DNA from: an uncultured Planctomycetales bacterium
Lineage (GTDB): Bacteria; Omnitrophota; Gorgyraeia; Zapsychrales; JBDRMG01
DNA length: 46,894 bases
Reading direction: 5' to 3'
Assembly: GCA_964478715.1 (NCBI GenBank)
Contig: CAYZIY010000013.1
Location: 1 to 46,894 of the forward strand
How positions within the stretch are numbered: position 1 is the stretch's first letter; every line of letters begins with the position of its first letter. Positions 10,320 to 19,159 of the stretch are shown here, piece after piece. A program made the translations under genes and the position numbers. Below the pieces are notes generated by a model. That model worked only from the letters and a program-made list of their open reading frames with translations, searched no databases and was not told where the DNA came from.

Positions 10320-10347
10320 AGTTAACATAACATATATTATAGGTACT
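10320..10347 (-). other. dif: dif site (XerCD chromosome-dimer resolution site)
   Basis: Minus strand AGTACCTATAA-TATATG-TTATGTTAACT: 11-6-11 layout with a near-canonical XerD arm; intergenic, where gene orientation converges. Confidence 0.88.
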
Positions 10348-10467
10348 TGTACAATCAACAAAATTACACATAATTCTCTTAATTTTTGTTCATACTGAAA
10401 CGTATATTTTGACCAAATATATATTTTTCTCTTAATCAACATTCGTAATCTCTATTACCCTATCTTA

Positions 10468-10764
10468 CTATTTTTCTTTTTGGATCTTTTCAATCCTGAT
10501 GATTTTGCCTTTGACAATTCCCATAGCAATTTGTTTTCGAGCCTCCCTCAAAATACGGCCAAAAGTTGGTCTCGATATCCCCATTATTTGTGCCGCCCTT
10601 TGTTGGTCTAAGCCTTCGCAATCGGCCAATCTGATCGCCTCAAATTGATCAATCTGGATCGTTATCTCATCAGGGCGTCCCGGCCTTCCCCTGGGGCTAA
10701 ATTGAACGATACCCGGATTTTGACCAATTATTCTTGCTTTTCTTGGTCGTCCTTTTGGCTTCAT
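10468..10764 (-). CDS. DUF134 family HTH DNA-binding protein
   Basis: GRPRKAR, EAIRLADCEGLDQQRAAQIMGISRPTFGRIL; start moved to ATG 10764 after SD AAGGAGG. Confidence 0.9.
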   Translation of the reverse strand: MKPKGRPRKARIIGQNPGIVQFSPRGRPGRPDEITIQIDQFEAIRLADCEGLDQQRAAQIMGISRPTFGRILREARKQIAMGIVKGKIIRIEKIQKEK

Positions 10765-10832
10765 TTTAGCCTCCTTCTGGATGGTATCATTGCTCTGCGA
10801 GCAAGGCAATCCTTGTAAATTGTTTATTCTTT

Positions 10833-10888
10833 TATCTGAACTTATGCTCATAATAATACCCTATTTATAACAAGCATATGCTCATAAT
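10833..10888. promoter_or_regulatory. Two operator-like boxes (TATGCTCATAAT repeat) upstream of DUF134
   Basis: TATGCTCATAAT occurs at 10843 and 10877; the second copy overlaps the palindrome AGCATATGCT. Confidence 0.55.
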
Positions 10889-10955
10889 ATCATATTTGTT
10901 TAAATTTCTCAAAGATATTTTATCTCTTTTTATTCCAGTTTAAAAAAAGAGAATC

Positions 10956-11004
10956 GTAGCGGGGGTCTTTCACCCCCTTAGTAAGTGCGCCCTGCCAAGC
11001 GCAC
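10956..11004 (-). mobile_element. Truncated 5' remnant of a group IIC intron
   Basis: Minus strand GTGCGCTTGGCAGGGCGCAC-TTACTAA-GGGGGTGAAAGACCCCC begins right after a terminator U-tract; GUGYG start and two hairpins as in class C introns. Confidence 0.7.
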
Positions 11005-11005
11005 C

Positions 11006-11041
11006 AAAAAAGGATTATGAACATTAGTTCATAATCCTTTT
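11006..11041 (-). terminator. Rho-independent terminator of the cupin operon (possibly bidirectional)
   Basis: AAAAGGATTATGAAC/GTTCATAATCCTTTT perfect stem, T6 tract on the minus strand. Confidence 0.8.
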
Positions 11042-11062
11042 CCTGTTTAAAAACAATATAAC

Positions 11063-11425
11063 CTATTCTGGCCGATGGAAATCATCCTGGAGACGCTCGA
11101 TATCGTCCTCCCCAAGATATGATCCTGTGGCCACTTCTATAAAAATTAATGGCTCTTTTCCTTGATTGCCGATTCGATGAACAGCTTGAAGAGGAACATC
11201 GATAACGCTACCGGCTTGAACCAAGGTTTCATTAGAGTTGACTATAGCCAGACCCGTTCCTTTAACAATGATCCATTTCTCAGAACGTTTGAGATGTTTT
11301 TGAAGACTAATCCGGCAATCAGGATTGACCTCCACGCGCTTAACCCAAACACCAGACTCCTGAAAAAGCCGGTAATAATTACCCCAAGGGCGCTCGATAA
11401 TCTCCTGATTAAACATCTCAGGCAT
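11063..11425 (-). CDS. Mannose-6-phosphate isomerase type II C-terminal cupin domain protein
   Basis: ERPWG, SLQKHLKRSEKW, HRIGN and YLGEDDIERLQDDF motifs. Confidence 0.92.
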   Translation of the reverse strand: MPEMFNQEIIERPWGNYYRLFQESGVWVKRVEVNPDCRISLQKHLKRSEKWIIVKGTGLAIVNSNETLVQAGSVIDVPLQAVHRIGNQGKEPLIFIEVATGSYLGEDDIERLQDDFHRPE

Positions 11426-11427
11426 AA

Positions 11428-11613
11428 CTATTTATCGTCTCCTTTGAGTTGATTTTTATAATATTCCAAGCACTTGGGACAGATGCCATCCTCCTGAATC
11501 CAATCCGGATTTCTCTTTTTTATGGCCTCCACGATATGCCCCTCTGTGTGATCAATAAAGGTCTTCACATCGCCCTTAACAGCCTTTTTGCAAATATCAC
11601 AAATATAATCCAT
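11428..11613 (-). CDS. Small putative zinc-binding protein
   Basis: CDIC...H-x3-H...CPKC in 61 aa; tight operon spacing; its 3' end provides the SD for the cupin gene. Confidence 0.7.
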   Translation of the reverse strand: MDYICDICKKAVKGDVKTFIDHTEGHIVEAIKKRNPDWIQEDGICPKCLEYYKNQLKGDDK

Positions 11614-11631
11614 GGTTAATCCGGCATGAAT

Positions 11632-12024
11632 TTAGAGATTCTTCTTAACCTGATCCAGGATCTTATTTGAGCGGGTTAAATCTCCCATCACACCCACCCT
11701 TAGCTTTATCTCCGTTGACTTCGCCGCAAGATATTTTAGGTCAATCCAAACATTTGTCCCATCCGAAAATTTTGACTCGATTTTCGCTGTCATGGCGTCT
11801 TTGCGGTCTATGGAAAGAGGCAAATTCATCTGGTCAATGGCGTTTTTTGTGGCCTGATAAACCTCATCCAATGAGTAGTTCAGCTCTTCCTGCAACCGGC
11901 CTTTAACCCATACCACACCCCCGGCCCCTGCGGCCGCGCCAGCTAAAGCCACACATCCATTACAGCAAAGAGCCAGGCAGATGAGCCAAACGGGAGCGAA
12001 AAAATTTTTCTTAGATATAATCAC
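11632..12024 (-). CDS. DUF3568-like lipoprotein
   Basis: NGCVALAGAAAGAGG lipoprotein-type N-terminus; TEIKLRVGVMGD C-terminus. Confidence 0.8.
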   Translation of the reverse strand: MIISKKNFFAPVWLICLALCCNGCVALAGAAAGAGGVVWVKGRLQEELNYSLDEVYQATKNAIDQMNLPLSIDRKDAMTAKIESKFSDGTNVWIDLKYLAAKSTEIKLRVGVMGDLTRSNKILDQVKKNL

Positions 12025-12077
12025 AAGTAGTCTCCTTTCTTTAAATAATCAATACCTTTATCATACACGAAAACACC

Positions 12078-14153
12078 TTATTGAAGCAGATTTTTTATGT
12101 TTTCTAACTGCCTCTGGGCGGCTTCGCGTCCTTTCTGGATAATCCGGTCCACCTGGTAAAGTTCAAGCCAGTTGACCTCCGTTAAATCCGGATGAATCAA
12201 GACATCAGCCGCTTTGGCACTTTCTTCAGCCAAGGTATATTCGCTGGCCTGAAAACTGCGAACAAGAATACTGGAGATATTCGGTGAAAACACTCTTAGA
12301 GCCAGTCTCCGCAATCGAATACCCAGATAACTGATCGGAGCCGAAAGAAATCGTCTTTCTAAAGCTTTTTGCTCATCCGCACAAAACTTCTCATAAATAG
12401 TCTGAAAATCACCGGGGGATTGCAACACATTGACAGCAATAATCTTTTTGATGCCCAAAGCGCTTAAGAAATTCGTCGGTAGAGGATTGATGATACCGCC
12501 ATCAATAAAAAGCCTCTCTTTTGCCGTAATCGGTTTGATAATACCCGGAATCGCTATCGATTTCTGGATTGCCTCCACCATCGTCCCTTCATCTATTGCG
12601 ATGTCCTCCATTTTGGTTAAATCGAAAGCCACTGCCTTAAACGGAATTTGGGTATCGTAAAATGTTTTTTCGCCTATTTTACTTTTTAACCAACGATTGA
12701 TCCCCCGGCCAGCCATCAGGCCCGCTTTCGAGAAAATGGGATCAATTAATTTGAGGCATTTTTGCCAAGTTGAGAATTCCTTAGCTGCTTTCTCGATCTG
12801 CCTGGCCTTCATTCCTGAAGCCCACAGGCCCCCAATCACAGCTCCAATGCTGCTGCCGATGATCACATCAATAGGAATATCATTATCCTCCAAAACCTCT
12901 AAGACTCCGATATGAGATAGTCCCAAAGCAGCTCCGCTTCCTAAAGCCAAGCCGACCAAAACCCCTCCGGTCTCTCTGGCAATCTTGCGTACGGTTTTTG
13001 CATAAGGGCTCTGTTGTTCGGCTCTAAGAAATAAAAAGTTATCCGACTCGATTTTTCTCAGATGGCTCTTAGCCTCAATTCGAGGAAGAACACACTCCAT
13101 TTCAAAACCAAGCAAGTGATTGATGCGATTATGAGACATTAAGACTGCTTCTGTGTTGGGTTGCACAAATACCTTAATCTTTTCATGAAGGAAATTCGTT
13201 TTCCAGGATTCCCTCAAATCGCTAATGATATCTTTCGTCTTTTTAAGTTCTTTCTCGCTGTGGCCTGTAATGAGATGTACATAATCGGACTGGATTAAAG
13301 ATTCCCTGACGATTTCATCCATCGCATTGGGGAGGTCCACAATCACAAAATGATAATCATTGGCCAGCAAACTCACCAACTCGCTGATACGTCCTGAGAG
13401 GCTCCCTTCGGCAGCCTTAAATGTCAATGATAATGTATGCACCTTATCGAGTGAGGAATCACTTTTTTGCCGAAACTCATGAAAACGATTGAGAAAGTCC
13501 GTCATCATCGAAGGCTCAGCGCGCCATTGGATTCCCAGTAATTGATCGGCTCTTTGAGACTGCCGATATTGATCCTGAGCGATATTGACCAGAACAACTC
13601 TTCGTCCTGTTTCTTCTTTCAGGCTCCATGCTAAATGAGCTGCATAGGTTGAAGAACCAGACCCAGAAACAGACCCATAGGCCGAGAGAATCGTGCTCTC
13701 AAAAATAGTTTTCTGTTCTTTCTCTCTGCGATTAACCCGGCGGGATAGATTATGACTTAAGTCAATGCCCAGGGAAGGAATTTGGTTGATCAGTCTTTGG
13801 AAATGGTCCTGTTCAATACGCAAAACAACAGAATCATTCAAAACATCCATCGTCAAAGAATGATTTTCTCCTGTTAAAAGAGAGATAATGCCAAAATACT
13901 GACCCCGATAAAGCTGCTCGCTAACTGCGTGCTCTGAATCGTCCGGATAGTTAAAAGCCCTGATTCGGCCCGATATCAAGCAATAAAAGGCATCTGGCGG
14001 ATCCCCGGCTCGATAAATAATCTCACCCAGCCGATAATGCACAATTTCGCACTCAATAGCAACTTTATGGAGATCAAACCAGCTGAGCTTGCTGAATAAT
14101 GGAATTTGCTTAATCAGAGAGATCTTATTAACAACCTGGCTCAGGATATTCAT
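12078..14153 (-). CDS. Patatin-like phospholipase with an N-terminal cNMP-binding domain and a central ParA/MinD-like domain
   Basis: cNMP fold (IYRAGDPPDAFYCLISG, GQYFG); GSGAALG, GSSIG and DGG patatin motifs; DYHFVIVDLP. Confidence 0.88.
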   Translation of the reverse strand: MNILSQVVNKISLIKQIPLFSKLSWFDLHKVAIECEIVHYRLGEIIYRAGDPPDAFYCLISGRIRAFNYPDDSEHAVSEQLYRGQYFGIISLLTGENHSLTMDVLNDSVVLRIEQDHFQRLINQIPSLGIDLSHNLSRRVNRREKEQKTIFESTILSAYGSVSGSGSSTYAAHLAWSLKEETGRRVVLVNIAQDQYRQSQRADQLLGIQWRAEPSMMTDFLNRFHEFRQKSDSSLDKVHTLSLTFKAAEGSLSGRISELVSLLANDYHFVIVDLPNAMDEIVRESLIQSDYVHLITGHSEKELKKTKDIISDLRESWKTNFLHEKIKVFVQPNTEAVLMSHNRINHLLGFEMECVLPRIEAKSHLRKIESDNFLFLRAEQQSPYAKTVRKIARETGGVLVGLALGSGAALGLSHIGVLEVLEDNDIPIDVIIGSSIGAVIGGLWASGMKARQIEKAAKEFSTWQKCLKLIDPIFSKAGLMAGRGINRWLKSKIGEKTFYDTQIPFKAVAFDLTKMEDIAIDEGTMVEAIQKSIAIPGIIKPITAKERLFIDGGIINPLPTNFLSALGIKKIIAVNVLQSPGDFQTIYEKFCADEQKALERRFLSAPISYLGIRLRRLALRVFSPNISSILVRSFQASEYTLAEESAKAADVLIHPDLTEVNWLELYQVDRIIQKGREAAQRQLENIKNLLQ

Positions 14154-14198
14154 GGGAAGATCTGCAAACTATAACAGTCTTTTGAAAGGAGTTGACTG

Positions 14199-14600
14199 TT
14201 AAGGTAATTTTTCAATTAAGAGATTCACCCGATCAACGAATTCTTTGAGGTAATCACCTTTGCGCACAGATATCCGGACTTTTGTTTCACCGGAAATACG
14301 TCTATCGAGCTCTCGAATTAAACGCGGAAAAACACCGAACAGCTTGTGGGTGAAATAATAGGCAATAAGAAAAACAAACAGAAAATAGAAGCATAATAAG
14401 ACCATCGTCAGATTAAAAAACTGACCTATATATTGGCGGGCAAAATTTGACAAAAGATGATTCTGGGCCAGGTCATAAAGGATCGAATAGAAAATGGCGG
14501 TTAGAATCAGAACAGGAAATGTCGAGGCCAGAAATACAATACCCAGAATTTTCCGTTCATATTTATTGGTACTAAATAACCGCCTTGATTTCTTTGGCAT
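14199..14600 (-). CDS. Small two-TM membrane protein with a HAMP-like C-terminus
   Basis: Two hydrophobic helices, then THKLFG...RKGD...VN; SD AGGAGG. Confidence 0.7.
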   Translation of the reverse strand: MPKKSRRLFSTNKYERKILGIVFLASTFPVLILTAIFYSILYDLAQNHLLSNFARQYIGQFFNLTMVLLCFYFLFVFLIAYYFTHKLFGVFPRLIRELDRRISGETKVRISVRKGDYLKEFVDRVNLLIEKLP

Positions 14601-14628
14601 GAGCTCCTCCTTTTCTCTTTATAATCTT

Positions 14629-14656
14629 ATTATAATCTTCCATAAAATGAAATCAA
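14629..14656 (-). promoter_or_regulatory. Putative sigma70 promoter
   Basis: TTGATT-N16-TATAAT upstream of ATG 14600. Confidence 0.5.
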
Positions 14657-14865
14657 CAACAAAGACCTCTATCATTTAATCCTTTTAAAAATTCCTATGA
14701 AAATTTATCTGATTACTCCGAAATAAACCCAAGCCAAACATCCGAGAAGAATGGCTTTACCGTAGCAATCCCTACGAAAGGGGGTATAAAAAAGAACCAA
14801 GGGATATTGAAGAAAGCGGAAATGTCAATCAGCTGACTGTTTGTATTCATCGCGGGGCAGGTCAT

Positions 14866-15363
14866 TTAGCCGGCATTCTCTTCGACCTGTCTCTGCTTTC
14901 TTTTTTTCTCTAGAACTTCATTGATCACATCGATCAATAAATCGGTGGCAAACGGTTTGGCAATATAGTCATCCACCTGGTAAGCTTGCGATAGAATTTC
15001 GGGATCTTTCCCTTCAACAATTTCGCCCCGTTCGCGGGCTCTGGGATTATTGGGAAGCCATTGAAACTGCTTCTTACCCTTAGCATAAACCATCTCTCCC
15101 TTACCGCTGACCATAATGATGGGAGTTTTCTTAAGAATCTCACTTGTTTTAAAATCTTTGACAAGTTCGGAGCCTTTCTTTTGAGGCATCACATTATCTA
15201 CTAGAATAATATCCGGCTTCTCATTTTCGCATACTTGCAAGGCGGCGATAGAATCGGACACGATTACAACCTCAAACTCCTCCGTCTCCTCCAAATTAGC
15301 TTTTACCAGAGCACAAAGATCCTGTTCATCATCAATCATTACGACTTTCTTTTTCTCGCTCAC
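14866..15363 (-). CDS. Single-domain response regulator with an internal insertion
   Basis: MIDDE, IILVDNVMP, MVSG and YIAKPF motifs; SD GGAGG. Confidence 0.9.
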   Translation of the reverse strand: MSEKKKVVMIDDEQDLCALVKANLEETEEFEVVIVSDSIAALQVCENEKPDIILVDNVMPQKKGSELVKDFKTSEILKKTPIIMVSGKGEMVYAKGKKQFQWLPNNPRARERGEIVEGKDPEILSQAYQVDDYIAKPFATDLLIDVINEVLEKKRKQRQVEENAG

Positions 15364-15385
15364 TTCACACCTCCTTTGTTTTTAT

Positions 15386-17224
15386 CTATTCTTCTACCGT
15401 TAGTGGCAGAATAATCGTAAAGGTGGTCCCCTTACCTTCTTCGCTCTTCACTGAAATCCTGCCATTGTGCCGTTCAATAATAAGATAAACAGTACTTAAA
15501 CCCAACCCCGTTCCTCTCCCGACTTCTTTGGTGGTAAAAAAAGCATCAAAGATTCTGGGAATATTCTCTTGCGGTATGCCCAGACCTGTGTCTTTGAACT
15601 CCATAGAGATTTCCCCAGGTTCCCCTTCGAATCCGGCTACAATCCATGACTTGATTGTAAGCGTTCCTCCGTCAAGCATAGCGTCTACGGCATTTTCCAT
15701 TAAATCAAGAAAAGCCTGTTGCAAAAGAACGGGATCCCCCCAAACCTTGATTTTTTCCTGGACGAAGCCAAGATGAATGCTAATGGCGTGATCTCTGATT
15801 CTATTGTTGACCAGCTCCAGGGCCTGCCTCGCTACCTGGTGAATATCCACTGCATGCATTTCTGTTTTTGCTGATCGAGAAAACTTAAGCATGGTAGATA
15901 TAACCTGATTGGCCCTGACGGCCGCATTTCGAATTATAGTTAAATAAGTGTCGTTAAAGGTTTTTCCCTTTTGGATATCTTTTTCGATACGCTCCAGGCC
16001 CTGCATGATAATAGCTAGAGGATTTTTAATTTCATGAGCGATACCGGCAGAAAATGTTCCTATCGTCGCCATTTTTTCCGTCTGAATCAGTTTATCTTGC
16101 GTATTTTTGAGCTCCTTATTTGTTCTTTCCATGTCTTTCAATAAAGCTCGTAGGGCCTGCTCGTTGATCTCCAGATCTTTCGTCGCATTCTCTAAAGCCC
16201 TTTGTTTGATTCTTTCTTCAGTTATATCTCGATCAACCCCGCGATAACCCGTCATATTACCCTTTCTATCAAAAACGGCAAATCCCTTAATATGAAGGAT
16301 CACCTCATGTCCGTCTTTATGCTGGCGTTTTTCGATCTCTTCGAAATGGGTTACCTGTTTTTTGTATTGCTCCTGGGCTTTTCGCTTTAAATCATCTTGA
16401 TCCTGCGGAAAACAAAAATCATAAAAATATTTCTTTCCGATTATTTCGTTCGCTTTATACCCCAGAATATCTTTGATGGCGGGACTGCTGTACGTATATT
16501 GGCCTTGCATGTCCGTTTCCCAAATCCAATCGCCACTTCCATTGGCAACATGTATGAACCGTCTTTCACTCTTTTGAAGCCTGCGATTCATGATCTTCCA
16601 GCGACGGTTAAGGATGATCGAAACCAAAACCACCAGCAGAAATATAAAGGCCATAATCAAACCATAATATCGATGATAAGCAACATCTTTTTCCCAGATA
16701 GACGCATCGATATCCAAACCCAAAATAGCAATGACATCTTTGGTTTTGGGATCTTTAATCGGAACCAATGCCGAAACCCAGTTTCCCCAGCGATCGGCCA
16801 AGGGTCCCTCAACAAAGCCTTCTCCTCCTTCAAAGAGACTTCTTAGCTCTTCTGAGGCTTCATAATAAATTTCTCCAATTTCAGAAATATCATCTGAAAT
16901 ATTCTCGGCCAGAAAGATGATCTCATCATCTCTTTTGCCCATGATATATGCATATCTCAGCTTAGGATTAGAACGGATAACGCGAGTCAGCTGTTTCTGA
17001 ATTCTTTGGTATGACCGCTTCTCGGCATCTCGTTGATAGCCGGTCAATGACTGGATATCAGCCAGATCAATCGTAGAAGCTAGAATTTTAACCCGAGATA
17101 GAAAATTATTCTTTTGGATTTTAATCTCTCTCTGTTCAAAAGAATAGACTAGAAGAAATGTGCCCAGAAAACAAATGATGGCAATGAATGCATAACTAAA
17201 AACTGTTCGAGCAGTCTTGATCAT
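15386..17224 (-). CDS. Membrane sensor histidine kinase (periplasmic sensor, PAS, HisKA, HATPase)
   Basis: Two TM helices; DWIWETD PAS; AHEIKNPL H-box; DTGLGI, FFTTK and GTGLGL. Confidence 0.95.
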   Translation of the reverse strand: MIKTARTVFSYAFIAIICFLGTFLLVYSFEQREIKIQKNNFLSRVKILASTIDLADIQSLTGYQRDAEKRSYQRIQKQLTRVIRSNPKLRYAYIMGKRDDEIIFLAENISDDISEIGEIYYEASEELRSLFEGGEGFVEGPLADRWGNWVSALVPIKDPKTKDVIAILGLDIDASIWEKDVAYHRYYGLIMAFIFLLVVLVSIILNRRWKIMNRRLQKSERRFIHVANGSGDWIWETDMQGQYTYSSPAIKDILGYKANEIIGKKYFYDFCFPQDQDDLKRKAQEQYKKQVTHFEEIEKRQHKDGHEVILHIKGFAVFDRKGNMTGYRGVDRDITEERIKQRALENATKDLEINEQALRALLKDMERTNKELKNTQDKLIQTEKMATIGTFSAGIAHEIKNPLAIIMQGLERIEKDIQKGKTFNDTYLTIIRNAAVRANQVISTMLKFSRSAKTEMHAVDIHQVARQALELVNNRIRDHAISIHLGFVQEKIKVWGDPVLLQQAFLDLMENAVDAMLDGGTLTIKSWIVAGFEGEPGEISMEFKDTGLGIPQENIPRIFDAFFTTKEVGRGTGLGLSTVYLIIERHNGRISVKSEEGKGTTFTIILPLTVEE

Positions 17225-17256
17225 AATGGCATTATAACCACTTTGTCACCCAAGAT

Positions 17257-18027
17257 TCAATCGGAAAATGGGATTCTTGGCTGAAACGAAGTATCGAGGA
17301 TTATTTCTGATTCGATGGTAATCCGATAAAGCGGAAAGGCAGGATCATTGGAATAGATAAAAAGACTCTCAAGAAATGATCCCAAAGAAACCCGGGGATG
17401 AAAAACATCAAAATCAATCAACAAAGAAGCTTCGGATAATCCCGGAATAACGCCACGCCAATTCCCTGGACTACCAGAGCTGCGGAAGGCCGGTGAAATC
17501 TCCCCCTGAGACTTTAAGCGCACTGCGATCCAGTCTGCGGAGGTTTTTAAATCGCGAATCACAAGATCAACTACCCCTTGATTCTTAATCAGTACTTCTC
17601 CCCTGACAGATTGCTGACTTTTAGTCATCGGCTCAAATCGCAATTGTCTGGATTCAGTATATAGCCGTGGTGAGGCTGGCGAAGAAAAATATGTGGCCTG
17701 GTGAATGCTTTTTTCTCTGCATTTTTTATCCAAGATATTTCTTGGCGAATACTTTTGTGAAATCTTTGCAAGAACTTCCTCTGGAGTCCATCCTTGATTA
17801 AATTTGGTATCTATCCAGGCCTTGGCTATAAAGGCTTCATGGCAACGTTCTTCAGCCAAAGGCTGATCCTCCATGCAGAAATTACCGACAAGTTGATAGA
17901 GATCCGAACGATCCATTTGATCAATTTCGATGGCCAAAACTCTTGGCGCAACAAAAATTATGGAGAGAATGATGATAAGAAGCAGTTTGGAAAGATGTGA
18001 AGAAAACATTAATTTATTTCTTTTCAC
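17257..18027 (-). CDS. Exported protein with a CcmH-like helical segment and a C-terminal DUF1573-like Ig domain
   Basis: Signal peptide; GWTPEEVLAKISQKY; IKNQGVVDLVIRDLKTS and IYSNDP. Confidence 0.55.
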   Translation of the reverse strand: MKRNKLMFSSHLSKLLLIIILSIIFVAPRVLAIEIDQMDRSDLYQLVGNFCMEDQPLAEERCHEAFIAKAWIDTKFNQGWTPEEVLAKISQKYSPRNILDKKCREKSIHQATYFSSPASPRLYTESRQLRFEPMTKSQQSVRGEVLIKNQGVVDLVIRDLKTSADWIAVRLKSQGEISPAFRSSGSPGNWRGVIPGLSEASLLIDFDVFHPRVSLGSFLESLFIYSNDPAFPLYRITIESEIILDTSFQPRIPFSD

Positions 18028-19159
18028 AAATCATTTCTGCTTTTGACTGAATCGCACTGATCAATTGTTCAAAAGACTGACAAAAGGAGGACAATCCATC
18101 CTTGAGAAGCTGGGCGCACACATCATCGATATTAATAGAATGCTGATTTAAATTATTAAAAATTTCTTGGGCTTTATTAAGATTGCCGGGTAAAGATGGA
18201 GCTACGCGTCCATGATCAACAAACGCAGTCAGTGTCTTTTCTGGCAATGTATTGACTGATGCCTCGCCGATAAGCTCAGTGACATATTTTATATCGCTAT
18301 AGAGGGGATTTTTTGTTCCGGTTGAGGCCCAAAGAACTCGCTGAATTTGAGCGCCGTCTTGCTTTAAAACTTGGAAATAATTACTAGAAAACATCTGTTG
18401 AAATTTATCGTAGATAACAACGGAATTAGCTACCGCGCTTTTGCCCAGGAGTGATTCCAGACTTAGCCTTTGGCTTTCGCCCGATTCCTGCGTCATCTTC
18501 TGATGAATCAAATTATCGATTGCCGTGTCGATTCGGCTGACAAAAACGCTTGCCACCGAATGAACCTTGCTGAAATCTTCATTGAATTTCTTATGCCTTT
18601 CCAGACCTTTTAAGAAAGCCGAGGTTGCCTCCCAATATTGTCTTGAAGAAAATATCAAAGTAGCATTGACATTAATTCCGCGCGAAATCAGCTCCTCGAT
18701 AATTTTAGGGCCCTCTTGCGTAACGGGAACTTTGATCATTAAATTCGGACGGCCTACTTTTGCAAAAAGCCGCAAACCCTCCTGAACAGACTCTTCTTCT
18801 TTTTCGGCTAAGAGCGGATTGATTTCAAGACTCACATAACCGTCACGGCGATTTGTTTCTTGATAAACAGGCATAAAGAAATCAGCCGATTGTTGGATAT
18901 CTTTAACCGCCAATTCATCATAGATATCAAAAGCGTTTTTTCCCGAATGACTGAGACTTGCAATTTGCTCATCATAATCTTGGCTAAAGCTGATGGCCTT
19001 GTAAAAGATTGTCGGATTAGATGTCATGCCCAAGATCCCTTGATCAATCAGATTCTGCAATTTAGAGCTTGTCAAGAGCGAACGGCTAATGTGATCCAGC
19101 CAAATACTCTGTCCACAATCGGCCAGGTCATGAATTTTTGTTTTTGATGTCGGTCCCAT
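18014..19159 (-). CDS. tal: Transaldolase
   Basis: GQSIWLD, GMTSNPTIF, MIKVP, SVASVFVSRID and LWASTGTK motifs. Confidence 0.96.
   Translation of the reverse strand: MGPTSKTKIHDLADCGQSIWLDHISRSLLTSSKLQNLIDQGILGMTSNPTIFYKAISFSQDYDEQIASLSHSGKNAFDIYDELAVKDIQQSADFFMPVYQETNRRDGYVSLEINPLLAEKEEESVQEGLRLFAKVGRPNLMIKVPVTQEGPKIIEELISRGINVNATLIFSSRQYWEATSAFLKGLERHKKFNEDFSKVHSVASVFVSRIDTAIDNLIHQKMTQESGESQRLSLESLLGKSAVANSVVIYDKFQQMFSSNYFQVLKQDGAQIQRVLWASTGTKNPLYSDIKYVTELIGEASVNTLPEKTLTAFVDHGRVAPSLPGNLNKAQEIFNNLNQHSINIDDVCAQLLKDGLSSFCQSFEQLISAIQSKAEMICEKK

Noticed and set aside
10007-10467. oriC, based on AT richness and a perfect DnaA box
   Set aside because: No dnaA/dnaN nearby, genes converge rather than diverge, and a dif site is present.
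14720-14790. Hairpins with a GAAA loop as a c-di-GMP-I riboswitch
   Set aside because: The conserved GGCAAAC and ACGCAAAGCC elements are not properly present, and the GAAA-loop strand is opposite to the flanking genes.
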